A stretch of DNA of 64,000 nt, from IMG/VR virus record IMGVR_UViG_3300025872_003406, positions 17,584 through 81,583 of that record, one strand, 5' to 3'. The number at the start of each line of letters is the position of its first letter. Positions within the stretch are counted from its first letter, which is position 1. Shown here in pieces: positions 26,701-36,249 of the stretch. The notes below the pieces were generated by a model. The model ran no database searches and was not told the DNA's origin. It was given only the letters and a program-made list of their open reading frames with translations. The translations under genes and the position numbers were made by a program. This DNA is from a virus.

Positions 26701-27864
26701 GGATGGCAAGGAAGGTTAGAGCTATCTCCTCCATCCGATGAATGGAAAGAAGTCACCACAAAGCCTCAGCTGGCTGCAAATGCTTCTAACAGCTATAGTT
26801 GGTTCAATGAAGCCGATGCCGATACTGCAAATGGTGGATTGTTTAACGATTGGCAGGTCAATTGGTTCGGTGTTTCCCCTGAGGAGGAAGAAGAACTCCG
26901 CAATCAACTATCCGAGGGAACATTAACCGCTCGCGGAGGATCGATCATTGCCTCGAATGGTGATGTTGTTGGACAATACACGAAGCCATCGAGTGGTGTC
27001 TACAATAACACACAGACTTCTCAGGTATCTGATACGGTCGTCAATAATACCGTTGTTCCATACATTCGTTCCAGAAAGATATATTTTAGAGCTACTGGTC
27101 TAAAACCTCTCTCGAGAGTTTACGCATTTTTCGATGGCGTAGATATGACGAACTATGTTCGTACAGAGGTTGCGATGACCAACTACACCACGAATCCGGA
27201 CGATAAAAATTATGCTGGACTGACCGCGCATCCATCTGGCGCCACAACCCTGACGACGGACTCTTCTGGACAGGTGATCGGATCATTCATCATTCCTCAT
27301 AATGATGCTATCAAATTCCGCACCGGCGAAAGAACATTCAGAATCATCGATAATTCCCTGAATAACTCGGATTCAGCCTTTACATATGCCGAAGGCATTT
27401 ACCGTGCAACTGGAATCTTTGTGCCGGCTCCTACACCTGCTCCTCAGCCACCGGTAGTGATTCCAACGCCAAAGCCTGGTCCGGCTCCTTCCGTGCCTCC
27501 GTTTGTTGGTATCGCAGTCCAAGGGCTCACTCCGAAGTATAACGGAATTCCGTTCAACTTTACCGCTGTCACATCTGCGACCGGATATGGATCTCTCACA
27601 TCCCTCGTGATGGAAGAAAGATCCAATGCATCGGATCCTAACTTCGGATATTGGGTGCCTCTGGCATATCAGAGCGGAACAACTTCCGGAATATCTGGTA
27701 ATGCGGTGTTTAGAATTTCTCCGGCTCTGCCTGGTACATATCAGGTACGTGCAAGAGCAGTTTGGAGCGGCGTAACGTATTATTCGAATACGATTTCGTT
27801 TACCGTAGCATCGGCTCCTCTGGATATTTCAACTCTACCTGAAGCCGAACGTTATACACAATAA
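23731..27864 (+). CDS. Large virion structural protein (DUF4815/VrlC-like), N-terminal part
   Basis: PYYDDFD..KNY.RVLFRPG.AVQARELTQLQ, APGAHR, RTYEESGNY and RYTMRDIG.LE.R...EYYTSLSLLE motifs. Confidence 0.85.
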   Translation: MAIKNYNIPPYYDDFDQSKNYLRVLFRPGYAVQARELTQLQTAIQAQIDRFGSHVFKEGSPVLGGQASLDTNYEFVKLESTFTDGGSTYYPEGDGGSNLSYYTSAVGLTVTGVTSGVIADVLEATASTTSDALTIFVRYTRADTANTSHRFSPEEILTFTVNGSTKKFKVKSEVNNPVGRGTRVSVNEGVYFVKGNFVYAAADSVIVSKYTTNPSARVVYKISENIVTSTEDASLVDNSIGTPNESAPGAHRYQVALDLVVEPYLLSNRTEDNIIQVLLINGGQVTGRARTEYSELARTLATRTYEESGNYTVRPFQINVREYYNSGTNGGLFTQAQIQSANPGFTSQQALDYGKARLAVGLEPSVAYVNGYRIETLDTTYVTVEKARDEAFINGASIFTPLGGYVYIDTVVGLPDTATFSPINLKNSGGTTIGTARARAMEYVSGTIGSAAFYKLYLFDIVMNSGQSFSNVSTLQDTSVPGYDFTATVNDIDSNITYAVLYDPSNSSLLYKLPVSAVQSLRSSDDVTCDFFYYVKRKFDNVQANGSGQLTLTASSENFYSVTSTDYVVVKASDGTQVTQAVTPVLNSGGTSVTLSLGGGNANLYFYVIASTRRNLIEKSKTFVSGVTTWTSGAYGNGQKAFSSPNTTPGGYDSLAQTDVLRIKAVYMSANASTDATTNDTNITSRYTLDDGQRENFYDVARMQLKPGASAPTGRILVIFDYFTHNPGDYFGVNSYSGVDYGDIPTFNSIKGAIALRDAVDFRPTKSNDGSGFTAAGASTSNCIVPNSTILTDIQFYLPRIDKIFVNKNGEFASIKGISNVIPKAPEDPEDSMVLYSINLNAYTFSTIDLSAKMIDNKRYTMRDIGRLEKRLSNVEYYTSLSLLEKSAANTQILDGTGNQRYKNGFIVDSFVDHGIGALNHPDYHCSIEAEKGILLPEFTQKYVNLVPNIAGSANIKQTGSLVTLNYTEVPLIEQPYSSYSEYVNPHAVYGWQGRLELSPPSDEWKEVTTKPQLAANASNSYSWFNEADADTANGGLFNDWQVNWFGVSPEEEEELRNQLSEGTLTARGGSIIASNGDVVGQYTKPSSGVYNNTQTSQVSDTVVNNTVVPYIRSRKIYFRATGLKPLSRVYAFFDGVDMTNYVRTEVAMTNYTTNPDDKNYAGLTAHPSGATTLTTDSSGQVIGSFIIPHNDAIKFRTGERTFRIIDNSLNNSDSAFTYAEGIYRATGIFVPAPTPAPQPPVVIPTPKPGPAPSVPPFVGIAVQGLTPKYNGIPFNFTAVTSATGYGSLTSLVMEERSNASDPNFGYWVPLAYQSGTTSGISGNAVFRISPALPGTYQVRARAVWSGVTYYSNTISFTVASAPLDISTLPEAERYTQ

Positions 27865-27872
27865 TTTAAAGC

Positions 27873-29459
27873 ATGAGCAACGTATACCTATCACCAACAC
27901 AAACGTCAGCTCTGCAGCAGGCTAAGACCTACGTCGATCCTGTTGCACAGAGTTTTATCGTCGATAGTCCAGGTGGAGCATTTTTGACGTCGATCGATCT
28001 ATACTTTGCATCTAAAGATTCTACCCTACCGGTTACTCTTGAGATTCGAGAGATGGAAAATGGAATTCCTACCGGAATCATTGTTCCATTTTCAACGGTG
28101 ACAGTCAATGCCGCTGACGTCGCAACGAGTTCTAGCGCATCGTTGCCTACGAAGTTTGCGTTTTCTGCTCCGGTTTTTCTACTTGATACGTCAGAATACT
28201 GCTTCGTGGTGAATGCTAACTCTCGTAACTATAAGATCTGGGTTGCAGAGACCGGAAAAAACGATGTGACAAATACGTCGTTCTCTATCACCAAACAGCC
28301 ATATGCTGGAGTGATGTTCAAGTCTCAGAATGCATCGACCTGGATCCCTGAGCAGAATCTAGATATCAAGTTCGTGATTCGTCGCGCTGAATTTGTTTCC
28401 ACTGGTGACATCATCCTGAACGAAGCAACACTTCCAGTCATTACACTTGAATCAAATCCTCTTTATACCTATAGCGGAACAAAGAAGGTCAGAGTGTTCC
28501 AGAAGAACCACGGTCACATCGCCGGGACATCAGAAGTTACAATCGCAGGTCTGACGGCAGGTACCAGTTACAACGGAGTCCTGGGAAGTGATATCAACGG
28601 CACCCGAAACGTTGTTGATGCCGAACAGGATTCTTATACGTTTTTGGCTGGAGGCGCCTCAAACTTTACTGCCTCAAGTCGTGTTGGTGGAACGGTCGTG
28701 ACTGCCACCGAGAATAAGACATACGATATTCTATACCCGAATGTACAGCAGCTTGTGTTCAAGAACACCAGAGCTGACTGGTACGCTCGTACCACGACAG
28801 GAAAGTCATTGGCCGGATCTGAGATTCCTCACTCACTGAGTCAATATTATCAGGTTCCGGTCAATCAGAATGTCGAGATGAATCATCCTCAGATCGTTCG
28901 TGCGGTGAACAGCGCAAGTCCGACCTCAAAGAGCCTGTATCTCAAGGGCACGTTTACCACAACCCAGTCTACACTTTCTCCGGTCATTGATCTGAATCGT
29001 ACCTCGGCGATTGCCATTTCGTACCGTCTCGATCGTCCAATCGGATCTGCCGCAACTGGATATAATGTGGTGGAGGGATACCAGGCAGAAACAGCGGCCA
29101 GCGGTTCTTCTTCCCTTTCGAAGTATATCACCCGTCGAGTTGACCTGGCGACGGCTGCGTTGGCCCTTCGTATCTTCCTGGCAGTAAACCGTCCAACTGG
29201 ATCGTATATTAATCTCTACTACAAGGTAACCAATAACATCGATGCTAATTTTGATTCATTACCATGGGTGGCTGTCAATCCAATCGATACCGTTCCGATC
29301 AATGACAATGCAGCAGAATATGCCGATGTTGAGTATGCTGTCACAGAATCAATGTTATCTGGGCCATTTGTGGCCTTTGCATTGAAGATCGTCTTTACCT
29401 CGGAGAACAGCTCAGCAGCTCCTTCCTGCTCTGACCTGAGAGCCATCGCTGTGACATGA
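27873..29459 (+). CDS. Virion structural protein resembling the C-terminal part of DUF4815-type proteins
   Basis: DPVAQSF, FLTSIDLYF, QPYAGVMFKSQNASTW, LSPVID and DLRAIA motifs. Confidence 0.8.
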   Translation: MSNVYLSPTQTSALQQAKTYVDPVAQSFIVDSPGGAFLTSIDLYFASKDSTLPVTLEIREMENGIPTGIIVPFSTVTVNAADVATSSSASLPTKFAFSAPVFLLDTSEYCFVVNANSRNYKIWVAETGKNDVTNTSFSITKQPYAGVMFKSQNASTWIPEQNLDIKFVIRRAEFVSTGDIILNEATLPVITLESNPLYTYSGTKKVRVFQKNHGHIAGTSEVTIAGLTAGTSYNGVLGSDINGTRNVVDAEQDSYTFLAGGASNFTASSRVGGTVVTATENKTYDILYPNVQQLVFKNTRADWYARTTTGKSLAGSEIPHSLSQYYQVPVNQNVEMNHPQIVRAVNSASPTSKSLYLKGTFTTTQSTLSPVIDLNRTSAIAISYRLDRPIGSAATGYNVVEGYQAETAASGSSSLSKYITRRVDLATAALALRIFLAVNRPTGSYINLYYKVTNNIDANFDSLPWVAVNPIDTVPINDNAAEYADVEYAVTESMLSGPFVAFALKIVFTSENSSAAPSCSDLRAIAVT

Positions 29460-29686
29460 GCCAAACGGATCCCAAATACGCAGTTGTCAAAGAAGATCCT
29501 TCTCTTGTCAGAGATAGCTATTCGAAAGCTATAATAAATAGAAACACTAAAGACTATCTCCGTCGCCTGGTTGCGAAAAAGACCTTCGATGACAAGGAAG
29601 CGGAGATTCAAAGGCTCAAGTCGGATGTTGATGAGCTCAAGTCAATGGTGCAATCTCTACTGTCCTCTACTCAGAATTCTAAGTAA
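29456..29686 (+). CDS. Small coiled-coil phage protein
   Basis: LVRD...AIIN motif followed by a coiled coil. ATGA-coupled. Confidence 0.75.
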   Translation: MSQTDPKYAVVKEDPSLVRDSYSKAIINRNTKDYLRRLVAKKTFDDKEAEIQRLKSDVDELKSMVQSLLSSTQNSK

Positions 29687-29698
29687 TCTCATACTTCC

Positions 29699-32600
29699 AT
29701 GGCCCTCACTGAAGTCCTACGTTCCGATACATTTGAGCAATGGCGCACAAAGACGAACACTGTTTCGTCTGACCTAGGCGACAGAGCGACGCTTTCGGCC
29801 AATATCACCGCGAACACATCGTTGGTGGGTGCCATCAACGAGCTTCAGAGTGACATTGGAGTCATCGGTAGCCTTTCCACTTTTGCTGCATCAAACATCG
29901 TTGCCGCTCTGAACGAACTGAAGACAGGATCAAGTGTCACGATCTCTGGGACGAAGACCTTTTCGTCGAATCTCAACCTTTCTTCTGGTCAGGCATATAC
30001 GATCGACGGAACATCGGTCCTGAACGCCACAACATTAGGATCCGGCGTGGTCACCTCCTCTCTGACCACGGTCGGTACAATCGGTACGGGTGTATGGCAG
30101 GGAACAATCGTTTCTCCGACATACGGTGGAACAGGCATCAACAATGGTAGTCGTACTCTGACGATCTCTACGGGAAATCTGGCCTTGACGACAGCGGCCG
30201 GGGGATCATCACTGACTCTTCCTGCAAGCGGAACGGTTGCTACTTTGGCTGGAAGCGAAACGCTCACCACGAAGACCATCAACCTGGCGAACAATACGCT
30301 GACCGGTACTCTGGCTCAGTTTAACACAGCTCTGACCGATGACGATTTCGCAGCCCTGAATACAGCTCAGACCCTGACGAACAAGACGATCGCTCTGGGT
30401 TCAAACACGATCAGCGGTACTCTGGCTCAGTTTAACACAGCTCTGACCGATGACGATTTCGCAGCCCTTGCCGCAACTCAAACTCTGACGAATAAGAGCC
30501 TGCAGGATTCTACCACATTCTTTATCGATGATGTAACACCGACAAAGAGGCTGCAATTTCAGTTATCAGGTATTACCGCGAACACTACTCGCACACTGAC
30601 GATCCCGGATAATTCTGGAACGATTGCTCTCACCTCAGATACGACATTCATTGGTACCACATCAATAACTCTGAGCCGTGGATCTGGTAATCTTGCCTTG
30701 GCTGGTATTTCATCGGTCACTCTTCCTGGTTCAACATCTGGAACAGTTCTACTCCAGCCTACGGCGATTGCTGGAACAACTACAATCACTCTCCCTGCAA
30801 CAAGCGGAACAGTTGTTACCACAGGAGATACTGGAACCGTTACGAACACGATGCTTGCCGGAAGCATTGCAAATGGAAAGCTTGTCAATAGTTCTGTCAC
30901 ATTCAATGGTGTTACTGTTGCCCTCGGATCATCTGGAACTATCACTTCGACGACAACAAATGCGCTGACAATCGGTGATGGACTTAGTGGTACGAGCTTC
31001 AATGGATCTGCAGCAGTCACAATAGCTGCAGATGCAACTATTGCTCGTCGTGCTGATACTTTCTCTATCGGTACAACATCGGTCGCGCTGAACCGTACGT
31101 CTGGAAATCTTGCACTCACCGGAATTTCTTCGATTGATTTTCCAACAGCAGGAACCAACGTAATTAAGCTTACTCCAGCATCAACAAATGCTCTGGTGAC
31201 TTTGACGATGCCGGCACAAACCGGTACAATCGTGACAACTGGAGATACCGGTACCGTAACTAACACCATGCTTGCCGGAAGCATTGCAAATGGAAAACTG
31301 GTCAATAGTTCCGTTACGATCGGATCTACTGCGGTATCTCTCGGATCTACGGTTACGACATTCACTGGTCTGGCTTCTGTCACATCCTCGGCATTTAGCG
31401 GACCTCTGACCGGTAACGTCACTGGTAATCTGACTGGAAATGCCGATACGGCAACAAAGTTGGCAACTGCCAGAACAATCAATGGAGTCAGCTTTGACGG
31501 TACCGCAAATATCACAGTCACTGCTGCGGCCGGAACGCTTACTGGAACTACGCTGAATAGCACGGTTGTTACATCCTCCCTGACATCTGTTGGTACTATT
31601 GGAACCGGAATCTGGCAAGGAACATCGATCGGTACCGCATATACCGATGCAAAGATCGTATCGGTTACCGGCACCGCAAATCAGATAACGGCCACAACGA
31701 CGACCGGAGCTGTTGCCCTTTCTCTGCCTCAGAACATTCATACCGGGGCAACACCAACGTTTGCCTCTGTTACAGCAAATAATGTTGTTCTTGGGAGTGC
31801 AGCGAATACGATTTCAACGTCTACCGCTTCGACTAATCTTACGCTTACTTCTACAGGAGGAACCGTTGCGGTCACTGGAAATGAAACGGTATCTGGAACG
31901 TTGGATGTTTCTGGAAAGACACAGGTTTTAACAACTCTTGCAAACAACACCGTTGTACTTGCCGTAGTCAATAATAATTCAACGTATACAAATGGTTTTC
32001 CCACGGCGCAACAAGGAGCAAATCGTTTTACAGTTGGTGCTGATGGCTCGGTGGAAATTAAGGGAGATCTAACAGTTCGTGGCGCAACGACGATTACTGG
32101 TGCTGCTACGATTTCTGCTAATTTTAATACACTGATCAACAAGCCTTCACCGGTTGTTGGTGTTACCCTATCTGGTGAGCTTTCTGGATCAGCATCCACA
32201 ACTCTAACAGAATTGGGTGCCGGAACATATACGATTGCTCTGGCATCCACTATCATTGATAACGCTGTGATTGCTAGCAAAATTGCAGCAGACGCAGTAA
32301 CCACCGCAAAGATTCTAAACGGAAATGTAACAAATGCAAAACTTGCAAACAGCAGCATCACTGTTACAACGGCCGGAGGATCTGGATTAAGTGGAGGTGC
32401 TGTAGTAAATCTGGGTGAAACTGTCACCCTGACAAATAGTGATAAAGGATCATCGCAGAGCATTTTCAAGAATATCGCAATTGCCGGCACTACGGCGTTA
32501 ACTGCCAATGCAAACAACGATATTCTGAACTTTGCGTCGGATGGTACGATATCACTTACTTCTTCCACGGCAGGTGGAAATAAGACGGTTAATATCGTCC

Positions 32601-35600
32601 ACGCCACCATGGGAAGTCAGGCATCGGTTGATAATAGCGGTGGAACTGTTATCCAAGACGTCACACTGAATAATGGCCACGTCACAGGATTGACGAGTGT
32701 CAATCTTGATACTCGTTTCGCTCCTATCAACACAGAGACACTTGATTCTGTAACTACCAGAGGCTCTACAACATCAAACGGTATTACGGTCGGTTCTCTT
32801 ACGACGAGTGGCGCCATCAGTGCAGCGACCCTGACACTTTCGGGGGATTTAATTGTAAATGGCACAACGACTACGATCAATAGTTCTACGGTGACGGTTG
32901 ACGATAAGAACATTGAGCTTGGAAGTGTACCTGTAAAAACAGGAATGGCTGCGACTCTCACGAGCGGGTCGATCGTCGTAAATCTTACGAGCGGAAATAC
33001 TACCGGATTAATTCCTGGACAACGTTTAACGGATATAAACTCAAGCGGGGGTATATTTGGTTCTGCTTCAATTGCTGTTGCTGCAATTAACAATTTAACT
33101 CAATTTACTGTCACGAGTCCACACCTAGGATCTGGTGGAGTTACATTTGGTGCCGAGGCCGCCAGCGACTCAACTGCAAACGGCGGTGGTATTACTCTGA
33201 AAGGCGCCACTGACAAGACGATTACCTGGGATTCTGCCAACACGAACTGGACATCCAGCGAACATTGGAACCTTCCGACTGGAAAGCAGTTTAAGATCAA
33301 TAATACTGCCGTTCTGACATCAACCGCTGTTCTTGGAATCGCAGGGACTGACATTGTTACTCTTACCGGATCACAGACTCTGACTAATAAGTCTATCAGC
33401 GGTGAACAGATTACTAGCGGTACAATCAATTCTGCCCGCCTTGATGCCGATCTTGCCGCCATCGCAGGGATCTCCGGAACATCTGGATTACTCAGAAAGA
33501 CCGCAGCCGATACCTGGTCATTAGATACAGCGTCTTATCTGACCGGAAATCAAAGCATTAGCCTTACAGGTGATGTAACAGGAACCGGTGCAACAAGCAT
33601 TTCAACGACAATCGCCAATAATGCTATCACAACCGCGAAGATTGCTAATTCTAATGTTACCCTTGGAAAGATTGCAGATATTGCAGCACAACGAATTCTG
33701 GGAAATAATAGTGCTAGCACCTCAGCGGCTCCAGCAGAATTAACTGTCGCACAAGTTCAGGTTATGTTAGGTCTGGGTACTGCGGCATATACTGCTTCGA
33801 CAGCATATCAACCTATTGGAACATACGTCACATCTGTTGGAGCCACAGCTCCAATTTCTTCCTCTGGAGGAACAACCCCGAATATAAGTCTTTCTGCCAG
33901 TTACGGCGATACTCAGAATCCATATGGTACAAAGAATGCAAATACGGTTCTGGCAGGTCCTCCGAGTGGTGTAGCGGCGGTTCCGACATTCAGAGCTCTT
34001 GTTGCAGCAGATATTCCATCACTAGATGCTGCTAAAATTACCACGGGAACGTTTGATGCTGCTAGAATTCCATCACTAGATGCTGCTAAAATTACCACGG
34101 GAACGTTTGATGCTGCTAGAATTCCATCGCTGAATTACCAGCCATTTGATGCTGATCTTGCAGCAATCGCTGGATTGACCGGAACAAGCGGACTACTTAG
34201 AAAGACTAATACTGATACCTGGTCATTAGATACATCATCGTATCTGACATCTAATCCAAATCTGCAAACTGTCTGCAATGTTGGAAACACAACGACGACT
34301 AGCATTACTGCTGGATCATTTGTTAAGTCTGGCGCATTCTCAACCGATATTCTGAAGGGTGACGGATCAACAGAAAGTGATAGCAATTACGTCAAAACCT
34401 CGGGCAATCAGACTATTGCTGGAACTAAGATATTCAGCCAGAAGATGGGCATCGGCTCTAATTCGAGCTCGACTGCTGCTCTAAACCTTGACCTAGGATT
34501 TGATTCAATTTCTGCCGCTCAGCCAACACGAGCGATTTGGTTGCGTCCAACGTTTCGACCAAACAGCATCGGCGGAGGTGTGATGGAAGGCATTGGAATT
34601 GTTCCAATCATTGACTCGAGCTTCTGGAGTGAATCTACGCCAGCGATGACGTACAGCGCCATTCGAATCGGCGCCGTTACACGTACTGGTACTACAGCAG
34701 TCACCGAAACGCGCGGTCTTTATATCGATAACTGCACGCTGGGTACTACAAATTATGCGATTTACAGCGCTCATACTGGAGCATCTGTTTTCTCTGGATC
34801 ACTTACAGCGACATCCTTTATCGGTTCAGCTGCTTCATTAACAAACTTCCCTACGCTCAATCAAAATACGACTGGTACTGCCGCAAACGTAACCGGTACC
34901 GTTGCAGTCGCAAATGGTGGTACTGGAGCGACAACATTCACTGCCGGATATCTAAAGGCTAACGCACAGAATGCGTTCACTACTGTGGCATCTGTTCCGT
35001 GGAGTGATGTTTCATCTAAGCCTGAAAGTTCGATTGTAAGCAGCCTGGCTCTTTCTGCTCAAACTGTCACCGGAGGCGCCTATCTTAACTCTACAGTTTA
35101 TAAGCTGGATTCAAGCTCTGGAACATCATCGCTAAAGATTTCTAATGGTACAGGAGTTACTGTAGCTTATGTAAATGCCGGCGAAATTTCAGTGTCCATT
35201 CCTCAGGCTGTAGCAACAACATCGAATGTCCAGTTCGGTTCTATTGGAGTTGGTACCGCTGCATCTGGAGTGTCTGGCGAGATCCGTGCGATCGATAACA
35301 TCACTGCATATTACACCTCAGACGAACGCCTCAAGACGAACGTCCGCAAGATTGAGAATGCACTGGACAAGGTTACTCAGATCAATGGTGTGGTCTATGA
35401 CTGGAATGATACCTACAAGAAGTCTCACGGTGATGTGGATGGTTACTTCGTTCGTAACGACAACTCCGGCGTCATCGCCCAGGAGGTCGAGAAGGTCTTC
35501 CCGAACGTTGTGGGTGAACGTCAGGATGGATTCAAGGCAGTTCGTTACGAGCTCCTGGTTCCTCTCCTGATCGAGGCCATCAAGGATCTCAAGGCCGAGA

Positions 35601-35626
35601 TCGAGTCATTAAAGGCAAATAAGTAA
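29699..35626 (+). CDS. Tail fibre protein with C-terminal peptidase S74 intramolecular chaperone
   Basis: 1975 aa, rich in T/G/S/A. N-terminal DTFEQWR.KTN. C-terminal SDERLKTN...GVIAQEVEKVFP...VRYELLVPLLIEAIKDL. Confidence 0.88.
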   Translation: MALTEVLRSDTFEQWRTKTNTVSSDLGDRATLSANITANTSLVGAINELQSDIGVIGSLSTFAASNIVAALNELKTGSSVTISGTKTFSSNLNLSSGQAYTIDGTSVLNATTLGSGVVTSSLTTVGTIGTGVWQGTIVSPTYGGTGINNGSRTLTISTGNLALTTAAGGSSLTLPASGTVATLAGSETLTTKTINLANNTLTGTLAQFNTALTDDDFAALNTAQTLTNKTIALGSNTISGTLAQFNTALTDDDFAALAATQTLTNKSLQDSTTFFIDDVTPTKRLQFQLSGITANTTRTLTIPDNSGTIALTSDTTFIGTTSITLSRGSGNLALAGISSVTLPGSTSGTVLLQPTAIAGTTTITLPATSGTVVTTGDTGTVTNTMLAGSIANGKLVNSSVTFNGVTVALGSSGTITSTTTNALTIGDGLSGTSFNGSAAVTIAADATIARRADTFSIGTTSVALNRTSGNLALTGISSIDFPTAGTNVIKLTPASTNALVTLTMPAQTGTIVTTGDTGTVTNTMLAGSIANGKLVNSSVTIGSTAVSLGSTVTTFTGLASVTSSAFSGPLTGNVTGNLTGNADTATKLATARTINGVSFDGTANITVTAAAGTLTGTTLNSTVVTSSLTSVGTIGTGIWQGTSIGTAYTDAKIVSVTGTANQITATTTTGAVALSLPQNIHTGATPTFASVTANNVVLGSAANTISTSTASTNLTLTSTGGTVAVTGNETVSGTLDVSGKTQVLTTLANNTVVLAVVNNNSTYTNGFPTAQQGANRFTVGADGSVEIKGDLTVRGATTITGAATISANFNTLINKPSPVVGVTLSGELSGSASTTLTELGAGTYTIALASTIIDNAVIASKIAADAVTTAKILNGNVTNAKLANSSITVTTAGGSGLSGGAVVNLGETVTLTNSDKGSSQSIFKNIAIAGTTALTANANNDILNFASDGTISLTSSTAGGNKTVNIVHATMGSQASVDNSGGTVIQDVTLNNGHVTGLTSVNLDTRFAPINTETLDSVTTRGSTTSNGITVGSLTTSGAISAATLTLSGDLIVNGTTTTINSSTVTVDDKNIELGSVPVKTGMAATLTSGSIVVNLTSGNTTGLIPGQRLTDINSSGGIFGSASIAVAAINNLTQFTVTSPHLGSGGVTFGAEAASDSTANGGGITLKGATDKTITWDSANTNWTSSEHWNLPTGKQFKINNTAVLTSTAVLGIAGTDIVTLTGSQTLTNKSISGEQITSGTINSARLDADLAAIAGISGTSGLLRKTAADTWSLDTASYLTGNQSISLTGDVTGTGATSISTTIANNAITTAKIANSNVTLGKIADIAAQRILGNNSASTSAAPAELTVAQVQVMLGLGTAAYTASTAYQPIGTYVTSVGATAPISSSGGTTPNISLSASYGDTQNPYGTKNANTVLAGPPSGVAAVPTFRALVAADIPSLDAAKITTGTFDAARIPSLDAAKITTGTFDAARIPSLNYQPFDADLAAIAGLTGTSGLLRKTNTDTWSLDTSSYLTSNPNLQTVCNVGNTTTTSITAGSFVKSGAFSTDILKGDGSTESDSNYVKTSGNQTIAGTKIFSQKMGIGSNSSSTAALNLDLGFDSISAAQPTRAIWLRPTFRPNSIGGGVMEGIGIVPIIDSSFWSESTPAMTYSAIRIGAVTRTGTTAVTETRGLYIDNCTLGTTNYAIYSAHTGASVFSGSLTATSFIGSAASLTNFPTLNQNTTGTAANVTGTVAVANGGTGATTFTAGYLKANAQNAFTTVASVPWSDVSSKPESSIVSSLALSAQTVTGGAYLNSTVYKLDSSSGTSSLKISNGTGVTVAYVNAGEISVSIPQAVATTSNVQFGSIGVGTAASGVSGEIRAIDNITAYYTSDERLKTNVRKIENALDKVTQINGVVYDWNDTYKKSHGDVDGYFVRNDNSGVIAQEVEKVFPNVVGERQDGFKAVRYELLVPLLIEAIKDLKAEIESLKANK
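30304..30468 (+). repeat. Exact 54-bp direct repeat with 111-bp period inside the tail-fibre gene
   Basis: CGGTACTCTGGCTCAGTTTAACACAGCTCTGACCGATGACGATTTCGCAGCCCT at 30304 and 30415, encoding GTLAQFNTALTDDDFAAL twice. Confidence 0.85.
34013..34128 (+). repeat. Exact 54-bp tandem duplication inside the tail-fibre gene
   Basis: ATTCCATCACTAGATGCTGCTAAAATTACCACGGGAACGTTTGATGCTGCTAGA twice plus a partial copy, encoding IPSLDAAKITTGTFDAAR twice. Confidence 0.9.
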
Positions 35627-35628
35627 GT

Positions 35629-35636
35629 TATAAATA
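35629..35636 (+). promoter_or_regulatory. T4-type late promoter TATAAATA
   Basis: Exact consensus in the intergenic gap before ATG 35646. Confidence 0.8.
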
Positions 35637-35645
35637 CACTGACTT

Positions 35646-35984
35646 ATGGCTGTCTACGCGAATATCTCGATTGACCAGGGATCAGATTTTACCTCAACTG
35701 TGACTGTCGAGGGTTCTGATGGTATCGCATTTAACCTGACGGGATATACTGCTCGCGGCCAGATTCGCAAGTCATATACCTCCACTACTGCGATCAACTT
35801 CTCGACGGCGATCAACTCACCTACTGCCGGAACAATTCAGCTCACACTGACAGCAGTGCAGACAGGTGCAATGAAAGCAGGTCGGTACCTTTATGACGTG
35901 GAGGTAGTACAGACCTCAACTGGTAAAGTCACTCGTGTCGTAGAAGGTCAGGTCGAGGTCAATCCTCGTATTACTCAGCCATGA
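35646..35984 (+). CDS. Small Ig-like virion protein (BppU N-terminal-like)
   Basis: IDQGSDF, NLTGYTARGQIRK, GRYLYDV and RVVEG motifs. Confidence 0.75.
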   Translation: MAVYANISIDQGSDFTSTVTVEGSDGIAFNLTGYTARGQIRKSYTSTTAINFSTAINSPTAGTIQLTLTAVQTGAMKAGRYLYDVEVVQTSTGKVTRVVEGQVEVNPRITQP

Positions 35985-36226
35985 GCAACATTGTAGGATC
36001 AGTCCTTCCTGCACCAGCAATCAAGTCCACAGTACGTGGTTTGCAGAACGTTCAGGCACGCACTGTTGCGATTGGTGCACCTAAGTCGATGGGAGATCTG
36101 TCGGATGTCGACCTTTCTGCAGTCGGTGACGGCGCGCTTTTAATTTACAACGGAACACTTCAAAAATTCGTGGCCAACACCGAGGTCAATAACTCGAACA
36201 CGAAGATCGTTGGCGGCAGTTTCTAA
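35981..36226 (+). CDS. Small virion/fibre-associated protein
   Basis: LSDVD...GALLIYN...KF...GGSF fibre-type motif. ATGA-coupled. Confidence 0.7.
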   Translation: MSNIVGSVLPAPAIKSTVRGLQNVQARTVAIGAPKSMGDLSDVDLSAVGDGALLIYNGTLQKFVANTEVNNSNTKIVGGSF

Positions 36227-36249
36227 CCTAGAGCATCTACCTTACTATC

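Noticed and set aside
30304-30468. Repeat-spacer-repeat pattern resembling CRISPR
   Set aside because: There are only two 54-bp copies, they are in frame within a coding fibre gene, and no cas genes are present.
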